Program-made: the position numbers and the translations under genes
The notes under the pieces: model-generated
Seen by the model: only the letters and a program-made list of their open reading frames with translations
Databases searched by the model: none
What the model was told of the DNA's origin: nothing
In this document: positions 48,953 to 60,040 of the stretch, in pieces
How positions within the stretch are numbered: the first letter of the stretch is position 1
Layout: the number at the start of each line of letters is the position of its first letter
NCBI GenBank assembly: GCA_016926735.1
Contig: JAFGOA010000223.1
Span: 31,276-95,275, forward strand
DNA from: Promethearchaeota archaeon
GTDB lineage: Archaea; Asgardarchaeota; Lokiarchaeia; Sigyniarchaeales; SOKP01
Reading direction: 5' to 3'
Length of the DNA stretch: 64,000 bases

Positions 48953-51900
48953 TTAAGAGACATAATTAGAGGCAACTAATAATGAATCGACTATATCAAT
49001 AGAATTATCATTATTGACATCAGCAAGCTCTGGATATTTCATTCCAGAAGGATTTAATCCAACATAATATTGAGCAATTAAAAGTGCATCAATTATATCT
49101 ACGATAGAATCTCCATTTACATCACCCATTTTGAGATCTCCATCTGAATATGTTATTTTATTGAGCATAAGATTATCTGTTGTATCTGAACTTCCAGTAA
49201 CAAATACAACTCCAAAATTATCAACATAGATACTTTCTCCCACCAGATTATCTGTAATAATTACTGAGGACATATAAATAGAAGTTACAATATTTGATTG
49301 ATCATGGTTCTCAACAATATAGTTCCAAACAAAGTTGCCTGATGATCTAAATTTCAAGATCACGATTCCTGTATAAGAAGGAGGGGCTCCAATATTTCCA
49401 ACTATATAAACATTCTCAAATAAATCTAATGCAATATCCCTTCCTTCTTGCCATCCTTCATCACCATATGTAACTGCCCACTTGAATTCTCCCTCTAAAC
49501 CTAATTTTAAGAGAAAAATATCAGAAGATCCTTTACCATAACTTAGTGTTGAACCTGTGATATAAATACATTTAGAAGAGTGTGCTAAAACAATACTTTC
49601 TCCTAAATCCTTCTTATTCCCTCCCCATAACATACTCCAAAGGTGATTTGCTTCTGAAGAATATTTCAACACACAAATATCAGCATTTGCTGTACCTGTA
49701 ATATAAATATTATCTAAATTATCAATAACAATATCATTCCCTTTATCATCTCCATCTGTCCCCCATGTAATGTTCCATTCTATAAATCCCTCCGGATTTA
49801 TCTTCAACAAACATATTTCCGTAGAAATCAAACCATAACTATTTGTAGAGCCAACAACATAAATATTATTATTAGAATCTATTGCTACGCTGTTTCCCTC
49901 GTCATTATTATCTCCGCTCCATATAAATTCCCATATAAATTCTCCTTTTGAATTATATTTTAGCAGAAAGATATTATTATCTCCTAAAGTATTAATTGTA
50001 GTACCTGTAACATATACATTTCCGTTTGAATCAAGAGCAACCCCTGTTGCGAATTCATAGCTTCCAGAATTCCAAATACATTCGAAAATAAGTGTTCCTA
50101 CTATATTAAATTTTAGTAAATATACATCTGATTCACCTGTATTGAGATCAGTTACCATTCCTACAACATAAAGATTTCCAATATTATCAACATGTATGTC
50201 CATTCCAATATCATATTGTAAAAATGGTTCTAATATCGTGTTTACAAATGGAATATTTGGATGCTCAATCGGTATATTTTCCTCTGGAGGAGTAATCTTT
50301 ATTTGAATGGCTTCACAATTTGATAATGACGACTTATAGATAGCATTTTCAGCTACAATTGCATAGTAAAATCTTCCATCTGTAGTAAGTTCATCGATAA
50401 AAGATGTTTCTAATTGTGTTGTTAAAAGAATAACATTATTATCTATCTGTGTTATTGGAGATGTAGATCTATATAATAGGTATTTTTCTGCTTCTGAAAT
50501 ATGATTCCAAGATAAATAGACTTTTCCATTAGTTGAAGGAAAAGGGACTATTGGATCTAATTTTGGCGCTTTTAAACCCAAGAATATTATTTCTATTGCT
50601 TGACAGTTTGATAGAAGAATACCATTTTCATTTGAGGTTGCTATTACATAATAATATGTTCCATCTTCAGAGATGTGATCAACAAATTCTAAATTCTTTA
50701 TTGTAGATACTAATATTGTTTTTTCATTTATTTCTGTAATTGGAGAAGTATAACGATAAATTGTATAATTATTTGTATTTAAAGCTTTTGTCCACTCTAA
50801 ATGAATATTATTTGTTAGATTATTATATTGTATATTTTTAAGATAAGTTTTTCCTGGAGGAATGGGAATATCAATTTTAATAGTTTGTATTCCTATTTCA
50901 AAGACTACAAACAGATAATCTCCTTTAATTTCAAGTTCTATAACACTTCCAGATGTCTCATATTTTCCCTTTAATTTAGGATTTTTAAGATCATTAATAT
51001 CAAGATGAACCACACCATCTGCTAATTCTGCTATGTATAAATCATCACCGTCCACTTCTATGGAGACGCCTAAAAATATTGTATTATAATGACTAACAAT
51101 ATTAGGATCTATAGGATTTTTTATATCTAAAATATAAAGCTCTCGAGAATTTGTTGTAACAAAAGCATAATCATCTTTAATTGTAATATATTCAATATAA
51201 CCTAGACTTTCAAAATTACCAAGAAAATCAATATTTAAAGGGTCGCTTATATTGAAAATTAATAAATTTAAATTATCAAGAACAAAGAGAATATTATCAT
51301 AAATTTCAACATATCGAGCAACAGATCCGATATTGTGCTTTCCTATAATATACGGATTATAAACATTACTAACATTTACTACAATTATTCCTGAAATATC
51401 GCAAGCAATATATGCGATGTTATCCTTTAATTTTAAATTCATTGCATATCCAGGTATTGTAAGATTCCCTACTAAAACAGGATCGTAAGGATTACTAATA
51501 TTCACACATTCTAATCCATTATTTCCACATGCAAGAAATGCTATGTCCTCATTTAATACAATACTTCTTGAAGATGTAGTAGATTTGTATACTCCTATTT
51601 TTACCAGATTCAAAGGATTTTTGATATCAAATATCGAGAGACCATAATCAGCTATATATGCTTTATCTTCTCGAATAACTATATCATATCCTCTGTTTTG
51701 AAGTCGACCAAAACCTTGAATCATGGATGGTTGAACATTAGTGATATCCACACATTCAATTCCAAATACATGAGCTGTACTAGCATAACATATTTCTTTA
51801 CTAATTGCTATCTCATAAATATTATTATCCTCTAATTTACAGGATCCAATACATATAGGATTTAATCTATCTGATATATTATAAAATCCGATTCCTCCAC

Positions 51901-52741
51901 CAACATTTCCTAAATAGGCTATTTCATCTTGGATTTTAATATCGTCAATTCTTTCTGATAGTTCTATTTTATTGATTTCATTTGGATTATACGGATCACT
52001 TATATTAAAAATTAAAATCTCATGATAAGAACATAGATATGCTATATCATCTTTAATATCCATGTTCCAAGTTCCGAATATATAAGAACTCCCTATAATC
52101 TCTGGTTTCCGTGGATTAGACACATTTATGCAATATATGCCCTCTCTTCCTGTAATATATACAATATTACCTTTTACTATCACATCTTTTACATTTGGAA
52201 TATTTAATTGACTTAAAAATGTTGGATTATATAGATCAGAAATATTTACAATTGAAAATGCCTTACTTGATCCACAATAAGCATAATTTCCATAGGCGAC
52301 TACATTGCGTGTTTCATTAGGAATATAAACACGTCCTATTTCAATAGGATTCTCTAAATCGTTAAAATCAACAATTGCCATATCTCTAGCATCAGATACA
52401 AAAATAATGTTATTAACAGCAAAAACATCGTAACAACTCCATTTTGTTGGAAAAAAATCTATTATGGTAGGATTAGTCGGATCAACAACATCAATATAAT
52501 AGATACCAGGAGTTGTAGCTACATATATTATATTATTAGAATATGTGATCCCATATCCACTTTCACTTAGATTGAGTCTACCTATATTTCTATTAGATAA
52601 TGCAAGAGATTTTATTTCCTCTTTTACAGGGATATTATCTTTATCTTCTGAGAAATTATTATTATTAACCAATAAAAAAAGAAAAGAAGAACTTATCAAA
52701 AAAAAAAAAAGTAATATTCTTTCCATATCCTTTATTTTCAT
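48953..52741 (-). CDS. secreted giant beta-propeller protein: LVIVD-type repeats, Fn3-like modules, SBBP-type repeats, C-terminal dockerin
   Basis: N-terminal signal/anchor. About 14 repeats of the ...A(Y/F)VA...GL.I.DISNP..P type. YVTG/YITG...D..LLK(Y/F) repeats. C-terminal duplicated Ca-binding segment GDVNGDSIVDIIDALLIAQYY...ADVNNDNSIDIVDSLLVASNY. Confidence 0.75.
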   Translation of the reverse strand: MKIKDMERILLFFFLISSSFLFLLVNNNNFSEDKDNIPVKEEIKSLALSNRNIGRLNLSESGYGITYSNNIIYVATTPGIYYIDVVDPTNPTIIDFFPTKWSCYDVFAVNNIIFVSDARDMAIVDFNDLENPIEIGRVYIPNETRNVVAYGNYAYCGSSKAFSIVNISDLYNPTFLSQLNIPNVKDVIVKGNIVYITGREGIYCINVSNPRKPEIIGSSYIFGTWNMDIKDDIAYLCSYHEILIFNISDPYNPNEINKIELSERIDDIKIQDEIAYLGNVGGGIGFYNISDRLNPICIGSCKLEDNNIYEIAISKEICYASTAHVFGIECVDITNVQPSMIQGFGRLQNRGYDIVIREDKAYIADYGLSIFDIKNPLNLVKIGVYKSTTSSRSIVLNEDIAFLACGNNGLECVNISNPYDPVLVGNLTIPGYAMNLKLKDNIAYIACDISGIIVVNVSNVYNPYIIGKHNIGSVARYVEIYDNILFVLDNLNLLIFNISDPLNIDFLGNFESLGYIEYITIKDDYAFVTTNSRELYILDIKNPIDPNIVSHYNTIFLGVSIEVDGDDLYIAELADGVVHLDINDLKNPKLKGKYETSGSVIELEIKGDYLFVVFEIGIQTIKIDIPIPPGKTYLKNIQYNNLTNNIHLEWTKALNTNNYTIYRYTSPITEINEKTILVSTIKNLEFVDHISEDGTYYYVIATSNENGILLSNCQAIEIIFLGLKAPKLDPIVPFPSTNGKVYLSWNHISEAEKYLLYRSTSPITQIDNNVILLTTQLETSFIDELTTDGRFYYAIVAENAIYKSSLSNCEAIQIKITPPEENIPIEHPNIPFVNTILEPFLQYDIGMDIHVDNIGNLYVVGMVTDLNTGESDVYLLKFNIVGTLIFECIWNSGSYEFATGVALDSNGNVYVTGTTINTLGDNNIFLLKYNSKGEFIWEFIWSGDNNDEGNSVAIDSNNNIYVVGSTNSYGLISTEICLLKINPEGFIEWNITWGTDGDDKGNDIVIDNLDNIYITGTANADICVLKYSSEANHLWSMLWGGNKKDLGESIVLAHSSKCIYITGSTLSYGKGSSDIFLLKLGLEGEFKWAVTYGDEGWQEGRDIALDLFENVYIVGNIGAPPSYTGIVILKFRSSGNFVWNYIVENHDQSNIVTSIYMSSVIITDNLVGESIYVDNFGVVFVTGSSDTTDNLMLNKITYSDGDLKMGDVNGDSIVDIIDALLIAQYYVGLNPSGMKYPELADVNNDNSIDIVDSLLVASNYVS

Positions 52742-52887
52742 GATATTATCATTTTCTGAAAATTAAAATCATCTTTTAAAAAGATCTAGTACAATATTGA
52801 AAGAAAAATCGAATATCAAAAATATAATAAATTTCATAATTGCTAATGAATTAATTTAATTGAAATATAAAAAAGGAATAACTCAAA

Positions 52888-53874
52888 ATGGAAAAAAAAC
52901 AATTAAAATTAACAATTCCAAAAGGAAGTCTTCAAGAAGTGGTTACTTCATTTTTCAAACGTGCAGGATTATATTTACAATTTTCTTCAAGTAGAGATTA
53001 TCGTCCAAGTGTTAATGATTCTGAATTATATATTAAGTTGTTAAGACCACAAGAAATTCCTAATTATTTAATTGGAGAAGATGAGTTTGATTTGGGTATT
53101 TCTGGTATAGATTGGGTAAAAGAAACAAATGCAGATGTCGAAAATATTTTAGATTTAGAGATCGGTGGTGTAAAAATAGTCTTTTGTGTTCCTAATAATT
53201 GGGAAGATATTACATCTCTTGATGATGTTCTTAAAAAATTCAATAATGATGGTAAAACTTTAAGGATTTCAACAGAATATTTAACATTATCTTTAAATTA
53301 TCTAAAAAATAATGCGACATATAAACAACTTTATGGTGATAAAGCCCCTATTGTAATAACTCCTTGGAGGAAATGGGGTGAAAATGAATTAATAAAAATA
53401 TTCCTTTCTTTTGGCGCTACAGAAGCTAAACCGCCAGAAGAGGTTGATGTAATTATTGATAATACACAAACGGGTTCAACATTAAGAGCTAATAATCTTA
53501 AAATTATTGAAGTTCTTGATACATCTACTGCTGTTCTAATTGCTAATAAAAATGCATTAAAAGATGCATGGAAACATGAGAAAATAAAAGATTTAAAAGT
53601 TCTCCTTATGGGAGTAATTGAAGCATCTAAAAAACTTCATATATTTATGAATGTTAAAAAAGAAAATCTGAATATAGTTTTATCTAACCTTCCTGCATTA
53701 AAAAGACCCACTATCTCAAAATTAGCAGGTGATGATACAGAAGAATGGTGTGCAATTAATACTATTATTAAAAAGGATGAATTTATTAATTTAATTCCTG
53801 TTTTAAGAAAATACGCCCAAGGACTTGTTGTTCATGAACCAAGACAAATTTTACCTTTTGAGAAAATTAAATAA
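52888..53874 (+). CDS. hisG: ATP phosphoribosyltransferase
   Basis: LTIPKGSL...RPQEIP.YL..G..DLGISG.D and the DNTQTGSTLRAN motif. Confidence 0.9.
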   Translation: MEKKQLKLTIPKGSLQEVVTSFFKRAGLYLQFSSSRDYRPSVNDSELYIKLLRPQEIPNYLIGEDEFDLGISGIDWVKETNADVENILDLEIGGVKIVFCVPNNWEDITSLDDVLKKFNNDGKTLRISTEYLTLSLNYLKNNATYKQLYGDKAPIVITPWRKWGENELIKIFLSFGATEAKPPEEVDVIIDNTQTGSTLRANNLKIIEVLDTSTAVLIANKNALKDAWKHEKIKDLKVLLMGVIEASKKLHIFMNVKKENLNIVLSNLPALKRPTISKLAGDDTEEWCAINTIIKKDEFINLIPVLRKYAQGLVVHEPRQILPFEKIK

Positions 53875-53891
53875 TTTTGAGGTAATGTGAT

Positions 53892-55193
53892 TTGGAGGAC
53901 TTAAGAGTTTTTAATTCAAAAGAAATTAATCGTAATTCACTAAAAGATCTTAAATCTCTATATGAAGTACAATTTGAGAATATTGAAAATGATATAAAAA
54001 AAATTATTTTTGATGTCAAAAATGAAGGAGATAAAGCTTTAATACGGTATACAAAGAAATTTGATAATGTAAAATTAGATTTGGCGGATCTTAAAGTAAA
54101 AAAATCAGAAATTGATGATGCCTATAGTTCTATTGATGAAAAACTATTAAAAGCGATTCAATTTAGTAAAAGAAATCTGATTAAATTTCATACTGCTCAA
54201 TTAAAAAAAGAATGGAATATAAATATTATTGAAGGAGTAAATGCTGGTCAAATTTATCGTTCTATAGATTCGGTTGGAATTTATGTTCCTGGAGGAAAAG
54301 CTATTTATCCTAGTACTGTGTTAATGGCTTGTGCACCAGCATCTGTCGTTGGAGTTGATAAAATAACAATATGCTCTCCTCCCCAAAAAAATGGAAGCAT
54401 TGCTCCTGAAATTCTTGTAGCTGCTAATGAATTCAATATAGAAAATATATGTAAAATAGGTGGAGCTCAAGCTATTGCTGCGATGGCTTACGGCACTGAA
54501 ACAATTCTTCCTGTCCAAAAAGTTATTGGACCTGGTAATAAATGGGTAAATACAGCAAAACAATTATTATCTAAAATTATTGCTATAGATAATCCTGCTG
54601 GTCCTTCAGATATTTTAATAATTGCAGATAAGTATGCTAATTATGAATATGTAATTTTAGATTTTATATCTCAAATAGAACATGATCCTGATAATATCGG
54701 AATAATTGTTAGCGATTCTAATGAATTAATCAAATCTATAACCAGCAATATAAATTCTTTTATTGAAAAAGCTAAGAGAAAAGATATTATTAAAAAAGCT
54801 CTTAAAAATAGTTTTATAGTGAAAGCAGATAATCTTGATGATTGTATAAGAATCTCTAATTTAATAGCTCCAGAACATTTGGAAATTCAAACTAAAAATC
54901 CAAGAGAAATATTAGCAGAAATTTATAATGCAGGAGCAATATTTTTAGGTCAATACACTCCAGTTCCTCTTGGAGATTATTCAGCAGGAACAAATCATAT
55001 ATTACCGACTGGAGGTTATGCTAAAACATATTCAGGGCTAAACATATATGATTTCATAAAAATTATTGATGTACTCGAATGCACAGAACAAGGATTATAT
55101 GAATTAAGTGATTCTGCTATTACATTTTCTAAATTCGAGAACCTTAATTCTCATGGGGATGCTATTAAAGGAAGATTAAAAGATAAAAAATAA
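53892..55193 (+). CDS. hisD: histidinol dehydrogenase
   Basis: GIYVPGGKA.YPSTVLM, GGAQAIAAMAYGTE, GPGNKWV, PEHLEI, GDY.AGTNHILPT. TTG start. Confidence 0.95.
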   Translation: MEDLRVFNSKEINRNSLKDLKSLYEVQFENIENDIKKIIFDVKNEGDKALIRYTKKFDNVKLDLADLKVKKSEIDDAYSSIDEKLLKAIQFSKRNLIKFHTAQLKKEWNINIIEGVNAGQIYRSIDSVGIYVPGGKAIYPSTVLMACAPASVVGVDKITICSPPQKNGSIAPEILVAANEFNIENICKIGGAQAIAAMAYGTETILPVQKVIGPGNKWVNTAKQLLSKIIAIDNPAGPSDILIIADKYANYEYVILDFISQIEHDPDNIGIIVSDSNELIKSITSNINSFIEKAKRKDIIKKALKNSFIVKADNLDDCIRISNLIAPEHLEIQTKNPREILAEIYNAGAIFLGQYTPVPLGDYSAGTNHILPTGGYAKTYSGLNIYDFIKIIDVLECTEQGLYELSDSAITFSKFENLNSHGDAIKGRLKDKK

Positions 55194-55278
55194 AATGAAT
55201 GTAAATTTTATTTTATTGATATTTCAACTAATTGAAACATGTAACTTTAAAATTCAAAATTAATATTTTTGATAAATA

Positions 55279-56364
55279 ATGAATGTAAATCAGTTAATTC
55301 GGGCACACTTAAGAAAATTTGCCGAATATATTCCTGGGGAACAACCTATAGAAAATGATTGGATAAAATTGAATGCAAATGAAAATCCTTATCCACCACT
55401 CCCAGAAATTATAAATGATATTAAAAAAAAAACAAATGAAAGACTTCGTCTCTACCCAGATCCATTGGCAAAGGAATTAAAAACTAAAATAATAAATAAA
55501 CTCCTTAAAAAACATAATCCACCTCAATCTATAGATTCTTATTTTGTTGGAAATGGAACTGATGAAGTATTAGAAGTTATATATAAGGTCTTTATAGACA
55601 TAGGGGATGATATAATTTATTTAGATCCCTCATATGGTATGTATAAAACCCTTTCAGATTTATTTGGAGCAAATTCGATTGAAATAAAACTTAATAAAGA
55701 TTTTTCACTCCCAGAATCATTATTTGAAGCAAAAGGAAAATTACTGATTATTTGCTCCCCGAATAATCCTACTGCCAAATCATTTGATAATCATCTTATA
55801 TCAAAAATTTGTGAGACTTTTCCTGGTATAGTAATTGTTGATGAGACCTATTCCGATTTTACAAATAAAACATCTATACCACTACTAAACAGAACAAAAA
55901 ATTTAATCATTACCAGAACTTTCTCTAAAAGCTTTTCACTAGCTTCATTAAGAGTCGGATTTGCTATCTCAAATCCAGATATAATCAAAGTCATGAATCA
56001 AGTAAAATTACCATACAATCTTAATTACTTGTCACAAGTTGCAGCTATATCTTGTATAGATAATATGGAAAAAATATTTGAGAGAAATAAAATAATTATC
56101 TCTGAAAGAGAAAAAATCACTGAAATATTAAATAACTATGAAAATGTAGAAGTAATACCCTCAGATGCTAATTTTATTTTAGTTAGATTAAAAAATAAAT
56201 CTCAAGCTATGTATATCTTTAATGAAATGAAAAAAAATAAGATCCTCATTCGATATTTTCCAAAACCAAGTTTAGAAAATTATCTTAGAATATCAATTGG
56301 TACTGAAGAAGAAAATAAACAATTATTGAAAGTTTTCAATGATATTGCTAATAATTTTCTTTAA
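55279..56364 (+). CDS. hisC: histidinol-phosphate aminotransferase
   Basis: LNANENPYP, NPNNPT and RTFSKSFSLASLRVG (PLP lysine context). Confidence 0.9.
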   Translation: MNVNQLIRAHLRKFAEYIPGEQPIENDWIKLNANENPYPPLPEIINDIKKKTNERLRLYPDPLAKELKTKIINKLLKKHNPPQSIDSYFVGNGTDEVLEVIYKVFIDIGDDIIYLDPSYGMYKTLSDLFGANSIEIKLNKDFSLPESLFEAKGKLLIICSPNNPTAKSFDNHLISKICETFPGIVIVDETYSDFTNKTSIPLLNRTKNLIITRTFSKSFSLASLRVGFAISNPDIIKVMNQVKLPYNLNYLSQVAAISCIDNMEKIFERNKIIISEREKITEILNNYENVEVIPSDANFILVRLKNKSQAMYIFNEMKKNKILIRYFPKPSLENYLRISIGTEEENKQLLKVFNDIANNFL

Positions 56365-56434
56365 TCAAATAACTTAAAATATATATTAGTTCGAATCTTA
56401 ATTTAAAAATAAAAATTCAAAAAATAGAGTTGTA

Positions 56435-57588
56435 TTGGAATTTCAATTTTTTATTCTGATAATACCATAAAGTGTCAAAATTGTGGATATAGTATAACAA
56501 AACCATATCCTAAAGAACATTTTTGTCCACGATGTGGAAAATATGTTCCTGAACTTACTGATAAATTAAATTTAATTAAAGATTCAAAAAAACCACAAGA
56601 ATTTAAGACACAAAAAACTCAAATTCCTTCAAAATTAAAAGGAAAAGTAAAAATTAAAGAATCTACTCCAAAATTATCTACAAATGGGAATATAATAGAA
56701 TTAAAAAAAGGAGAATTTGTAAAGTTAATTGGAATAACTTCTGTTAATCGAACTCCACTATTTTGTAGTAATGATAATTACTCTTATCTATTGGAATTAA
56801 CAAATAATCTTGATTATATAGCAACCAGTATTTTGGGAGGAGTTCTAGATAAAATGCTCCTTATTTCTCAAGAGACATATACTAAAGAAAAATGTCAATT
56901 CCTTGAAAAAGATGGGATAATATATCTTGTATATGGATTATTTCCAGATAAAAAGGGTAAGTGGTTATTAGAACAAATAGCAAAATACTATATAGAACTT
57001 TTAGAAAATAAAAATGCTGATAAATTAGATAAATTGGAACAATACGAAATAAATAATAAATTCAAAAGAATAATAAATTTTATTCTTCAAGAATATTTTA
57101 AACTTCAAGATGTTTTTTCTGATCAAGAAATACCTTCTGTTGAAGATAATCTTAGAGTCGATTATTTAGGTCTATCTTCTAAATCAATAGGAGTAATTTC
57201 TCTTTTAATTGGAAATGAATTAAATATAGATATTCCAGGTCAATTTGATGATCCTGCTGAAATGAAAGAGATGAAAGAATCTCTTCTTACAGCAAAGATT
57301 GAAGCTATTGCTGCGAATACCCTTGGTAATACTGGAGCAGTCCCTAGATGGATTTCTGTAAAATTGGGATTTCAAAGTTATAGATTTTTAACCTTTCGAA
57401 AATATCCAAACGACTTTTATCTCTCTCTTCTTTTGGATGGTAATCTTAAGAAATTAGATTCTGTAGAAAATGAATTAAAACCATCTCTTTTGAGAGTTAC
57501 TGAACAACAATTCACAGGGGATCTGAAAAAATATAACCTGCTTAAACCCGATTTGATAAGTTTATTTAAAAGAAAAAGAAATTTTTAA
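56435..57588 (+). CDS. zinc-ribbon protein with uncharacterised alpha/beta C-terminal domain; 5' end unresolved
   Basis: The frame is open from 56428 and encodes CQNCG..17 aa..CPRCG 100 codons upstream of the first canonical start (TTG 56791). There is no in-frame ATG/GTG/TTG before that. A TTG at 56435 joins the frame if a 17-nt BHL-type element (56443..56459) is removed. Confidence 0.45.
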
Positions 57589-58019
57589 AAATGTATCATT
57601 TCTAATTCTTCTTTATTTCTTCCTTTACCAGATATTAAGCAATTTTCAACTGATAAATTCTCAAAATTTAGAATTGAATTATTTATAATTATGCAATTGT
57701 TTAATTTAAATAAATTTCCAATGATAACATTATCAAAAATAATAGAATTTGAAGCTTCACTGAATTCTCCAATTTTACAATTATCCCCTATAAAAACATT
57801 AGGTCCTAATAAAACATCATCACCAATTTCAACATTTTTACCAAGTACGACTGGTTCTATAAAGGAGGGGTAATCACCAATGTAGCTATTAATGTTATGT
57901 TTTTGTTTCACGAATTTTATCATGAATTCTTCTAAATAGCTATTAAATTCTTCTGAATCTCCTCTTTCTTTAATTATAAAAATATCTTTTAATTCTTTTC
58001 TTATATTCATATTAATCAT
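57585..58019 (-). CDS. left-handed beta-helix (hexapeptide-repeat) protein
   Basis: Tandem hexapeptide pattern VVLGKNVEIGDDVLLGPNVFIGDNCKIGE... There is no nucleotidyltransferase N-domain. Confidence 0.55.
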   Translation of the reverse strand: MINMNIRKELKDIFIIKERGDSEEFNSYLEEFMIKFVKQKHNINSYIGDYPSFIEPVVLGKNVEIGDDVLLGPNVFIGDNCKIGEFSEASNSIIFDNVIIGNLFKLNNCIIINNSILNFENLSVENCLISGKGRNKEELEMIHF

Positions 58020-58040
58020 AATTTTTAATTTAATTATTGA

Positions 58041-58748
58041 TTAAAGGTTCAATTCTTTAACGATTTCTTCTATTCCCTCATTATTTTTAGCGCTTGTTAG
58101 AATCACTTTAATATTTGGATTTATCTCTTTAGCATCATTGACCATTTTATCTAGATCTGTTCCTAATCTTTCTTTCAGATCGATTTTATTTATGATTGCT
58201 ATCTCTGACATTCTAAATAATAACGGATGTTTTTCTATAACCCATTCACCTTCAGTAGTGGAAACTATAATAATTCGTTTATCCATTCCCAATTGAAATT
58301 CAGCTGGGCAAATTAGATTTCCTACATTTTCTATAAAAATAAGATTGTATTTTTTTAGGTCGATATTTTTCACAATCTTAAGAATATAATATGCATTTAG
58401 AGCACATTCTCTTCCTGTATTTATTTGAATAGTGTCAACATTTTTTTTTTGAATACGATCAGCATCCACTCGAGTTGTTATATCTCCACATATAACCAAA
58501 ATTTTATATTTCTGAGAAAGTATATCTGTTATTTTTTCTAAAATTGCTGTTTTTCCAGCACCGATTGCTCCAACAATATCAAATGATTTTATATTGTGTT
58601 CATGAAGCTTATTATTGATTAATTCCGCAATAGAATCATTATTTTTTTCCACTTCTTTTTGTGTTTGAATGATAATTTGACGATTGTGTTCTTGTGCTAA
58701 TTTTCTACTTTCTAATTCCATGACTCTTTCGTATTCTTGATCTTTCAT
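58041..58748 (-). CDS. hypB: hydrogenase nickel-incorporation GTPase HypB
   Basis: GAIGAGKT, ENVGNLICPA, NKIDL. Confidence 0.9.
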   Translation of the reverse strand: MKDQEYERVMELESRKLAQEHNRQIIIQTQKEVEKNNDSIAELINNKLHEHNIKSFDIVGAIGAGKTAILEKITDILSQKYKILVICGDITTRVDADRIQKKNVDTIQINTGRECALNAYYILKIVKNIDLKKYNLIFIENVGNLICPAEFQLGMDKRIIIVSTTEGEWVIEKHPLLFRMSEIAIINKIDLKERLGTDLDKMVNDAKEINPNIKVILTSAKNNEGIEEIVKELNL

Positions 58749-58964
58749 CTGAGCATTCTTTTTTTTTCTTTTTTCAAATCTCTAGTTTAATTAATATAAA
58801 TCAATAAATTAAATTTTGGATTAAATAATTGATTCCATTTAGATTAAAAAGGATTTTAATATTCTTAATTTTTAAAATCTATCAAAGATTTAAATATCTA
58901 ATTAACAAATATTGATTTGACACAATCTAATTATAAAAATTCATAAATTAATTTAAAAATAACA

Positions 58965-59720
58965 ATGTCCTCATCTCAATTACCAAAGGATACATTTTGG
59001 ATATATCAATTTATAGAAAAATTTTCTCATTTTTTTATAAAGATTTATTTTAAAAATGAAGATATAAATATAGAAGATATAAAATTTAATTTTAAAATCA
59101 AATTGGAGGGTTTTAATGGAATTCTGTTTTATATCTACAAAAGTGATGCTAATAAGATCACATTTGATTTGTTAAATCATCCAATGGATCAGATGCATAC
59201 TATAAGTGATTTAGTATACTCTCCTAAAGATAACTCAAGTATGAATTTAGATTTTTTTCTAATTCCTTTTGGTAGATTTAAAAATGATAATCAAATTTCT
59301 CTGATAATTACATCAGCAGATTTTCAAGTCAAATTCAAATTCTATATTTGGACACCTTCATTGCTATTTAAAAATATTAAATCAATCATTAAAATAAACA
59401 ATCAATATGCAGAATTAGAACCTATCTATAAAGGACATAATAATTTTTATCAAATTGAAAACTGGTTTAAAGCAAATGAAAATAGTACCATTTTTCAAAT
59501 GATTAATTTGCTAACTGAAGTTGATGAATATTGTGGAATTGATAATATTAAAAATTTAATTTCTAAATCTAATGCACTAGTTTTTAAAAAACCTAAAGAG
59601 CATATAAAAAGTCTTATTGATGATTTAAATGAACTTAAAAATAAAGCAATAGATATGTCAAAAGAAGATATTATTAATTCTTTAAAAGATGTTATCTCTT
59701 TCTATTCAAATGAAGAATAA
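58965..59720 (+). CDS. hypothetical protein
   Basis: 251-aa ORF; no motif recognised. Confidence 0.4.
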   Translation: MSSSQLPKDTFWIYQFIEKFSHFFIKIYFKNEDINIEDIKFNFKIKLEGFNGILFYIYKSDANKITFDLLNHPMDQMHTISDLVYSPKDNSSMNLDFFLIPFGRFKNDNQISLIITSADFQVKFKFYIWTPSLLFKNIKSIIKINNQYAELEPIYKGHNNFYQIENWFKANENSTIFQMINLLTEVDEYCGIDNIKNLISKSNALVFKKPKEHIKSLIDDLNELKNKAIDMSKEDIINSLKDVISFYSNEE

Positions 59721-60040
59721 CCTAGAGAATTTTCCCAATGAAGGTAATTTTCTTAATGTCTTATAATAATTAAGCTTCACCACCTCTCATTAAATAAATC
59801 TTATAAAAGTATAACTCCTAAATGTCTAAATGTGATTGATAATCCCAACATTCATGAATGGGGTCTATTTTACCAAATTCTCAGAGAGTATCTTATTTTT
59901 TATCTATAAGGATTGATAGGGATGAATTAATGGTTAATATCCAAAAAAGGCTATAATCATGAAGAAAATAATTAAAGCTATATAAAATTTTATATGAAAA
60001 GTAGTCTTTTTACAATTATTACGAAAATCTAATGTAAAAA

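Noticed and set aside
2029-56364. A 'histidine theme': tRNA-His, hisS and hisG-hisD-hisC all lie in one 64-kb window
   Set aside because: The loci are 20-30 kb apart, on different strands, and separated by unrelated genes. This is most likely coincidence.
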